DNA of 64,000 nucleotides from a virus. Under the pieces are notes generated by a model that was not told the DNA's origin, made no database searches, and was given only the letters and a program-made list of their open reading frames with translations. How positions within the stretch are numbered: position 1 is the first letter of the stretch; the number at the start of each line of letters is the position of its first letter. The position numbers were made by a program, and so were the translations under genes. Below, in pieces: positions 57,842 through 64,000 of the stretch. The stretch lies in IMG/VR virus record IMGVR_UViG_3300050343_000145, positions 3,217 to 67,216 of that record; one strand, given 5' to 3'.

Positions 57842-59563
57842 TTATCCATCACACGCTAAGCAATTTTCATCCATTGCATTCTGTGCAATATCACCTCTAA
57901 GAACTGATTCAGTTCGCATATAATATAAGGTTTTAATACCTTTCTTCCACGCTTCATAATGAACCTTATTAATCCACTTAGGTTCTGCAACACTCGGGAA
58001 TGCTAAATTTAAACTAACAGATTGATCTATATACTGTTGTCTTATTCCCGCTTGATTAACTAATTCTAGTTGATTAATTTCCTTAAACGTTTTAAATACT
58101 TCTTTCGCTGGTGTTTCCCACTTGCCAAGCTTAATATCATCAAGCTCTTTAACGCCTTGTACGGAGCCAGCATCTTTCATTATTTTGTTCCATACTTTAT
58201 CAATATTAATTTTATATTTTTTTAATACCTTTAATAACGCAGGGTTCTTGCGAATGAAAGTACCCTTTGCACTTTGTTCCGTAAATACGTTTGCAGCCCA
58301 AGGTTCGATTCCAGGACTAACGTTGCCACTAAGCTTGCTGTTAGATACAGTAGGAGCAATAGCCCGCAAATGAGTATTCCTAAAACCTGAACCACGGCAC
58401 CAAAGAGGCTCGCCAAATTCTTCTGCAAGAGCCATTGAAGCTCTCTCGCTTTCAATTTTAATTTGTGAAAATATTTTTCTTGTTTCATATTGTGATAGTA
58501 ATCCTTCAAACGGTAAACCTTGATCTTGCAAATAAGTATGCCAACCAAGTACGCCCAATCCTAAAGCTCTACCTTTTTCAGCAGATCTTACAGAATTATG
58601 AAAGCCAACTTTACCTTTGGATTTTTGTATAAATTCTTCTAATACACCATCTAAAAACCAGATGCTGTCATAAATAAGATTAGTGTTTTTCCACTCCTCA
58701 TATTTAGCTAAATTCAAACTAGACAAGCAACAAACAAATGAATGTGATTCATCTGTATGTAATGTAATTTCACTACATATATTTGTCATGTGAACTTTTA
58801 AACCATGCTTTCTGTATTGCTCTGGATTATTTTTGTTTGTATTTCCCTTAAATAATATATAAGGTTCTCCAGTTGCTTTACGCTTTTGTAAAAGCTTTCC
58901 CCATTTTTTTCTTGCTTCAACATCTCCGCTTTCAACTCTTCGCATGAACTTGTCGCCGACCACAGCGCACTGGTGGAGGTTGAGCGACTGACGATTAACG
59001 TCTCCTTTAGGTTCTCTAATTTCAAGCCATTCCTCAAAGTCGGGATGCTCAATATTGATATTAACTGATGCTGCTCCTCTTCGGACAGATCCTTGATTAG
59101 TGGCAAGTATTGTTGAATCGTATATCTTGCAAAAAGGCACCACGCCGTCACTTGTTCCATTTCCATTAATTGTATCGCCAGCGGGTCTGATTTGATTTAT
59201 ACCAATGCCAACTCCACCGCCGTGCTTAGCGAGTAACATCATCTCTAAATTCTTGCTTCCAATATCATATATTGAATCAGCAACATCTATACCAAAGCAT
59301 GATATAGGCAACCCTCGATCTGAACCAGTATTTGATAACACAGGAGAGGCTAAACACAGCCAACCATTCCATATGTATTCAAAAAATGTTGGAGCAAGTT
59401 CTGGGCGTCCTAAACGCTTCGCTACAGTTTCGCATACACGATTATATGCGTCTCGTGGGGTTTCTTCTTTAATTAAATATCCTCCACCAATTGTTTTCTT
59501 ATAAACATCGGTTTCACCCCAAGCAGGATAATCAATTCCTTTTTTCCAATTATTGTTCCACAT
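57842..59563 (-). CDS. nrdA: Ribonucleotide reductase class I alpha subunit (no ATP cone)
   Basis: SPVLSN, PISCF, QGSVRRGA, TNICSEI, IAPT, IDQSVSLN, KTLYY, C-terminal CLAC. Confidence 0.96.
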   Translation of the reverse strand: MWNNNWKKGIDYPAWGETDVYKKTIGGGYLIKEETPRDAYNRVCETVAKRLGRPELAPTFFEYIWNGWLCLASPVLSNTGSDRGLPISCFGIDVADSIYDIGSKNLEMMLLAKHGGGVGIGINQIRPAGDTINGNGTSDGVVPFCKIYDSTILATNQGSVRRGAASVNINIEHPDFEEWLEIREPKGDVNRQSLNLHQCAVVGDKFMRRVESGDVEARKKWGKLLQKRKATGEPYILFKGNTNKNNPEQYRKHGLKVHMTNICSEITLHTDESHSFVCCLSSLNLAKYEEWKNTNLIYDSIWFLDGVLEEFIQKSKGKVGFHNSVRSAEKGRALGLGVLGWHTYLQDQGLPFEGLLSQYETRKIFSQIKIESERASMALAEEFGEPLWCRGSGFRNTHLRAIAPTVSNSKLSGNVSPGIEPWAANVFTEQSAKGTFIRKNPALLKVLKKYKINIDKVWNKIMKDAGSVQGVKELDDIKLGKWETPAKEVFKTFKEINQLELVNQAGIRQQYIDQSVSLNLAFPSVAEPKWINKVHYEAWKKGIKTLYYMRTESVLRGDIAQNAMDENCLACDG

Positions 59564-59756
59564 CTTTTTTCTCTAAATCTTTAAGTTCTTCAACAAGTTT
59601 ATCCCACCTCTCTTGTCCAATATGTAATTGAAAAGCAGTAAGCGTGCCTTGAGCTAATGTTCTTATAACATTTAAATCTTTTAACGCTCTTGTTAAAGCC
59701 CCGCCTAAAATGTTAACTTGTTCTTGTAATTGTTTAATATTCTTTTGTACTCCCAT
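59550..59756 (-). CDS. Hypothetical coiled-coil protein
   Basis: 68-aa ORF overlapping the nrdA start. Confidence 0.7.
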   Translation of the reverse strand: MGVQKNIKQLQEQVNILGGALTRALKDLNVIRTLAQGTLTAFQLHIGQERWDKLVEELKDLEKKDVEQ

Positions 59757-59757
59757 A

Positions 59758-60009
59758 TTATGTTATTAAATGTTTAACCCAAGCTATAAGCCCGTTTATA
59801 TTTAAAGCAACTAAGTTCCATTGCTTACGATATGCTGTTTGTACACAGACACAAATAAAACCAGCTATATATAAAGCCGGTTCTATTGTCCATTGTGCTG
59901 CTACTAGAAAACCAGCTCCCATATATCCAATACGGGTAGCCATTCTTTCACTAGGTTTTAGTTTTCTTTTTCTTTCTATTAAAAACCTTAGCAGTCTGTA
60001 TTTTACCAT
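59758..60009 (-). CDS. Small membrane protein
   Basis: Hydrophobic helices; QWNLVALNI. Confidence 0.7.
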   Translation of the reverse strand: MVKYRLLRFLIERKRKLKPSERMATRIGYMGAGFLVAAQWTIEPALYIAGFICVCVQTAYRKQWNLVALNINGLIAWVKHLIT

Positions 60010-60980
60010 ACGTCTTCAAAATCTTCGCCTTCATTTGCTTTACTATAGTCAGTCGGCCTAATAGCGAAAAAATCAGTGTGAGTGTGACCCCCAGTAAGAT
60101 GGTCGAACCAAGCCATTTTATCAATTGACTTTTGGTCATATTCGAATTTAAACTTGCCTTCTTGTTTATAACCCAATTCTTGAAGTTTATCACCTGTTCG
60201 TTTTTTAATAAAGTGTTTAAGATCATATTCTGTTATTCCTTCAATATCACCCATTTCAAATAACTTACTTATGTAAGTCATTTCAGCATTATGCATTGTT
60301 AAAGCTGCATCGTATATATGCTCCTTGCATTCTTCTTTTAATCCTGGTATTTGAGAACACATGTGTCTAAATAATTGACAACCCATTTTAGAATGTAATG
60401 ACTCATCTCTTACAGACCATTTCATTTGTTGCCCAATACCTTTAAGTAAGTTACGCATTTGAAAACTGTATAGCACAGCAAACGCAGAATACAAACTAAC
60501 ACCTTCTGCAAAGGCTGAGAACGTAGCTAACGATTTACCTATGCCCACAGGATCATTACCTTCATAAGCAACTAAGTTATCGAACCTAGCAGCTGTTGCG
60601 GGCTCATGTAAGAACGCTTCGTAATCTTCTAAGCCTAATGTTTCATTCAAGTAACTATAAGCTACTGCGTGAATTGTTTCTTGGCTTCCGAACATCATAG
60701 ACATTTGTTGTATTTCGTGTTTAGGAAACCAACCAACGACTTTTTGTGTCCAGTAATCTGACACAGCGCATTCAGTTTGAGCAAAGCCTAGCAAGATATT
60801 TCCTACTAGGTTTTTTTCTTTATCATTTAACTTTTCGTTCCAGTCTTTTAAATCACCTGACATAGGAATTTCCGTATGCAACCAAAATGCTTGAGCCTGT
60901 TTAAGCCAGCCTTCTGTATAATATTCCGGGTATTCAAATGGTTTGTACGGGATTCTTTCTGTAAATAAAGGTGCTTTCAT
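60003..60980 (-). CDS. nrdB: Ribonucleotide reductase class I beta subunit
   Basis: QAFWLHTEI, ETIHAVAY (radical Tyr), EGVSLYSAF, RDESLH, DFFA.RPTDY. Confidence 0.96.
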   Translation of the reverse strand: MKAPLFTERIPYKPFEYPEYYTEGWLKQAQAFWLHTEIPMSGDLKDWNEKLNDKEKNLVGNILLGFAQTECAVSDYWTQKVVGWFPKHEIQQMSMMFGSQETIHAVAYSYLNETLGLEDYEAFLHEPATAARFDNLVAYEGNDPVGIGKSLATFSAFAEGVSLYSAFAVLYSFQMRNLLKGIGQQMKWSVRDESLHSKMGCQLFRHMCSQIPGLKEECKEHIYDAALTMHNAEMTYISKLFEMGDIEGITEYDLKHFIKKRTGDKLQELGYKQEGKFKFEYDQKSIDKMAWFDHLTGGHTHTDFFAIRPTDYSKANEGEDFEDVW

Positions 60981-60981
60981 A

Positions 60982-61137
60982 TTAATTTTTTATTTCTATT
61001 GCTATATCTACAAACGGCAGATAAAATACGTGTTGTGTGTGTGTTGGGCCTTCATAAGTTCTAGCCCCAAATAATACTCCTGGATATGTGCCTAAAGCCA
61101 TGCTCCAAGTTCCAGATGGTTCTTCATTTTCATCCAT
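60982..61137 (-). CDS. Small hypothetical protein (51 aa)
   Basis: Manual translation MDENEEPSGTWSMALGTYPGVLFGARTYEGPTHTQHVFYLPFVDIAIEIKN. Confidence 0.65.
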   Translation of the reverse strand: MDENEEPSGTWSMALGTYPGVLFGARTYEGPTHTQHVFYLPFVDIAIEIKN

Positions 61138-61157
61138 AACATTTTATATTATATTGT

Positions 61158-61304
61158 TCATTGTATCATTATAAGATCTTTCCATTTTAAATAGCCTCTC
61201 TTGTTTACTGACCATTTAATATACGTGTCTATTTTACGTTCTTTATATTTCCTTCGAGCTAAATGCTTTCCGGCGTTTTTATTAATTGTATTACCTGATC
61301 GCAT
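61158..61304 (-). CDS. Small basic protein (48 aa)
   Basis: Manual translation MRSGNTINKNAGKHLARRKYKERKIDTYIKWSVNKRGYLKWKDLIMIQ. Confidence 0.45.
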   Translation of the reverse strand: MRSGNTINKNAGKHLARRKYKERKIDTYIKWSVNKRGYLKWKDLIMIQ

Positions 61305-61714
61305 TCTTTTTGATTTTGTGGTTTATATAAAGTATAACCTGGAAATTGTTTTGTCATTAAGTGTTTAAACAACTTCCAACGTATTGGAAATGATTCATTA
61401 GGTCTACCTTTAGTTTCTATTATAAAATCTTCGCCAATAAAGTCTGGTGTATATTTAATCGGCAGTATTCTTTTACAACCTCTATTCTTAAATATACCTT
61501 TACTATTAGCTTGCCTTTCATATACTTTGTTTTCAAAATGAAAACCATTTATTAATACAAAAGTTTCGCCCTCGTATTTAGCTTTTATATTAGCTTGCTT
61601 TAAAGCTTTATACATATATTTTTCTAAACCAGAAGCGAATTGGATCCCGTCATAAATAACTTTCTTAGCTACAACGGGACCTCTTTTTCTTTTATATACT
61701 CTTTTCTTTCTCAT
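61259..61714 (-). CDS. T7 endonuclease I-like resolvase (PD-(D/E)xK)
   Basis: FASGLE...YE...YTPDF...IIETKG; likely start at 61714. Confidence 0.85.
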   Translation of the reverse strand: MRKKRVYKRKRGPVVAKKVIYDGIQFASGLEKYMYKALKQANIKAKYEGETFVLINGFHFENKVYERQANSKGIFKNRGCKRILPIKYTPDFIGEDFIIETKGRPNESFPIRWKLFKHLMTKQFPGYTLYKPQNQKECDQVIQLIKTPESI

Positions 61715-61919
61715 ATGTTTCTTTAGCTTTTTGTAAATACAAAACAGCATCCATAAGTTCTTCTTGTAAATGATTAAGCCAATCAGCTACTTTAGAAGGA
61801 TCGTCGTCAAGTGTAATGCCATATTTTTTATAGCCTACATCTGATCGTTGTTTGAATTTGTCTACGACTCTTTCAACAACAGGATCTCTGAATTTACACT
61901 TACAGCTCATCTTTGACAA
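61692..61919 (-). CDS. Small all-alpha NTP pyrophosphatase-like protein
   Basis: RSDVGYKKYG...WLNHLQEELMDAVLY. Confidence 0.65.
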   Translation of the reverse strand: MSKMSCKCKFRDPVVERVVDKFKQRSDVGYKKYGITLDDDPSKVADWLNHLQEELMDAVLYLQKAKETYEKEKSI

Positions 61920-62211
61920 ATGTTCCGTTAATCATTTTACCAGTTCTAGCATTGATAACTTTGTAAGCATCAGCGATACATTCTTCAATGGTAACACCTT
62001 TTAAATGTGCAAGGTTGGTTAACACTACAACTATATCACCAATAGCATCAATAATCTCTGGTTGATCATCTTTAAGCAATGCTTTAGCCAACTCACCAGC
62101 TTCTTCTTGAAGCTTAACATATTGAGTCATAGGATTACCCTTTTCATATAAGCCTCTGTCTTCAGCCCACTTTCTAATTTTCTTAAACATCATTAATTCT
62201 TTCTTTGGCAT
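61900..62211 (-). CDS. MazG-like nucleotide pyrophosphohydrolase
   Basis: KLQEEAGELA...IIDAIGDIVVVL...R.GKMINGTFVK. Confidence 0.88.
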   Translation of the reverse strand: MPKKELMMFKKIRKWAEDRGLYEKGNPMTQYVKLQEEAGELAKALLKDDQPEIIDAIGDIVVVLTNLAHLKGVTIEECIADAYKVINARTGKMINGTFVKDEL

Positions 62212-62213
62212 TG

Positions 62214-62696
62214 TTAAACCGCCAATTGTATTTTAATGGTGCAAAGTGTTTTTTTAACTGCTTCAAAATAGTTTGATAAGGATTTGTTGTACACATAGCT
62301 TCTTTCGCTATTAAACATAGATGTTTGTACATTTTTCATGATCCATGCAATAGAGTCTGCATTTATATTAAACTCGCCATGGTCTGTTTTCCAGCGCATT
62401 CCTAAACTATCGTTTAGTCTTCCCTTAAGTTTATTCACTGGACAAGGGAATGTTGTTGTTTGTTCGGTTACGTTTACTTTCATTTTAAATAAATTTTTAT
62501 AAGGTTTAATATCTACTTTATAGCCATAAGACGTTTGAAGTTCTAGTTCTTTCTTTGATATATAATTTATATCGTCAGACTGATCTAAAACTTCGTATTC
62601 AGTAGGCTTATAACCCTGCGTTTGCGTAACCCTTTTATTAAGATTACGTGTAACGCCGATTTTTTTACCCGGAATATGATATAAATAATACATCAT
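62214..62696 (-). CDS. Protein with GIY-YIG-like N-terminus
   Basis: YYLYHI..KKIGVTRNLNKRV...KELELQ. Confidence 0.55.
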   Translation of the reverse strand: MMYYLYHIPGKKIGVTRNLNKRVTQTQGYKPTEYEVLDQSDDINYISKKELELQTSYGYKVDIKPYKNLFKMKVNVTEQTTTFPCPVNKLKGRLNDSLGMRWKTDHGEFNINADSIAWIMKNVQTSMFNSERSYVYNKSLSNYFEAVKKTLCTIKIQLAV

Positions 62697-63541
62697 TTGC
62701 CAACATTTAATTTTGCTGGTATTGCAGGCAGCGGGTTATAATTAGATATTGTTATTAATTCTTTACTCGGTATATACAATTCGCCATCAACAATATCAAT
62801 ACCCTTTTGTAAATTCAATTCAGGTAAATCATTTGTTTCTCTTCTGTATGCATAACAATTCGCTGCATCAATATGGTTTTTATATATATGACAATCACCC
62901 AACTGAGCTATTAATTTACCAGGAGTATATTCTGTTTCTTTACATAACAACTCTAATAATAAACCGTACATAGCTATATCGTAAGGTAAGCCTAAGAATA
63001 CATCAGCAGATCTTTGTATCCACATTAAATCCATTTTACCATCGTTGATATAAACTTGAAAAGCGTAATGACAAGGAGGCAAGGCCATATGTTTTAATTG
63101 GCCAACATTCCAAGCATTAACCATTAATCTTCTCGAGCTAGGATTCTCTTTTATATTCTTAACTAAATTCAATAACTGATCTTCATACCTTGTGTAGTAG
63201 CCATCAGTTATTTTCCAGTTACGCCATTGTGCGCCATAAACAGGGCCTAATGTTCCGTCTGTTCTGCCTGATCTTTTATAATCAGCATCCCAATAAGTTA
63301 CATTATTATCCTGTAAGTATTTCATATCTGTTTTGCCATGTAATATCCACAGTAATTCTGTTCTTGCAGAATTGAAATACATCTTCTTGTTTGTTAATAG
63401 AGGAAAGCCTAAGGCCATATCGTGAGTAAGTTGTCTACCAAATACAGATTTAGTTCCTACTCCTGTTCTATCATCTTTATCAACACCTGATCCTAATATG
63501 CCAGACACTAATCCCCTATATTCATTTTCTATATTTATCAT
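62693..63541 (-). CDS. thyA: Thymidylate synthase
   Basis: DRTGVGT, LGPVYGAQWR, SRR, MALPPCH, QRSADVFLGLPY, GDCHIY. Confidence 0.95.
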   Translation of the reverse strand: MINIENEYRGLVSGILGSGVDKDDRTGVGTKSVFGRQLTHDMALGFPLLTNKKMYFNSARTELLWILHGKTDMKYLQDNNVTYWDADYKRSGRTDGTLGPVYGAQWRNWKITDGYYTRYEDQLLNLVKNIKENPSSRRLMVNAWNVGQLKHMALPPCHYAFQVYINDGKMDLMWIQRSADVFLGLPYDIAMYGLLLELLCKETEYTPGKLIAQLGDCHIYKNHIDAANCYAYRRETNDLPELNLQKGIDIVDGELYIPSKELITISNYNPLPAIPAKLNVGK

Positions 63542-63797
63542 AATAATATTTACACATTTTATAGTATTCTACCCAAAGGGTTTCTTTATCGTATACAAAT
63601 GGAGCAAAGTTACATTTCTCTCCTTTAACATATGAACCTAAGTTTATACATATCTTCCATTGACCATCTTGCGGTGTAGCCCAAGGTGATATTCTTATGT
63701 TGTTTCGTGTACAATATAATTTCCACTCTTGTTCTTCCGGGCTTGGTAAGTATGGCGGAAGGTTATTTGGTTTTCTTCTTTTGTATAAGCTTTTCAT
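63522..63797 (-). CDS. Hypothetical protein
   Basis: 91-aa ORF with overlaps on both sides. Confidence 0.7.
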   Translation of the reverse strand: MKSLYKRRKPNNLPPYLPSPEEQEWKLYCTRNNIRISPWATPQDGQWKICINLGSYVKGEKCNFAPFVYDKETLWVEYYKMCKYYYDKYRK

Positions 63798-64000
63798 AAA
63801 TCCCAGGGCATAGGTTCATTTTCGTGTATAGCAAGTTGATGTGGTATAAAACAACCAGATCTAGGCTCCCAAGTAAAATGTGCTTCAGCACCATTCTCTC
63901 CAAGGTTTTGGAATTTTACTTTAAGAACTTTTGCTTTAACAGTTTTATTTTCATAATCCCTGTGAACTAATATACCGTGATAAGATGCATCATACCATTC
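63794..64000 (-). CDS. C-terminus of SF4 (T7 gp4/Twinkle-like) primase-helicase, partial
   Basis: Manual translation EWYDASYHGILVHRDYENKTVKAKVLKVKFQNLGENG matches the motif H4/arginine-finger region. Confidence 0.75.
   Translation of the reverse strand, partial: EWYDASYHGILVHRDYENKTVKAKVLKVKFQNLGENGAEAHFTWEPRSGCFIPHQLAIHENEPMPWDL

Noticed and set aside
9643-63375. Opposite-strand and alternate-frame ORFs in the track (e.g. 9643, 11974, 15936, 32168, 58798, 59951, 62749)
   Set aside because: They are fully nested in well-supported genes, have no recognisable motifs, and are typical shadow ORFs.

Overview
This window holds most of the genome of an AT-rich, apparently lytic, short-tailed (podovirus-like) dsDNA phage. 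The host is probably Bacteroidota/Flavobacteria, inferred from A-rich leaders without Shine-Dalgarno sequences and from gene content. No integrase, CRISPR array or rRNA is visible. There are three blocks. (1) 1-8.85 kb, minus strand: early/host-takeover genes, many of them microproteins, running into DNA ligase, a DenV-like glycosylase, an HTH protein, a sigma-70-family factor and an ERF recombinase. (2) 9.05-57.8 kb, plus strand: five long tail fibres, GroEL/GroES, terminase, portal, scaffold, major capsid, tail ring/stabilisation proteins, three putative ejected proteins (one of 2640 aa) and lysis genes. (3) 57.8-64 kb, minus strand: nrdAB, endonuclease I-like resolvase, two MazG-like proteins, thyA and the end of a primase-helicase. 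Several genes carry frameshifts that look like sequencing or assembly errors. The most unusual signals are non-coding. First, a cluster of tRNA-shaped RNAs: an 82-nt tmRNA-like alanyl acceptor with no mRNA-like domain, an adjacent ~245-nt structured RNA, an initiator tRNA and a 41-nt minihelix; the three tRNA-shaped ones all end in A-CTA. Second, seven copies of a fixed-spacing 32-bp promoter-like motif unlike the Bacteroidota housekeeping consensus, with a possible sigma-like segment inside the giant ejected protein. Third, three ~47-bp dyads linked to an HTH gene. Fourth, DNA-level conserved boxes that punctuate the tail-fibre modules. All family assignments come from motif recognition by eye, not database searches.
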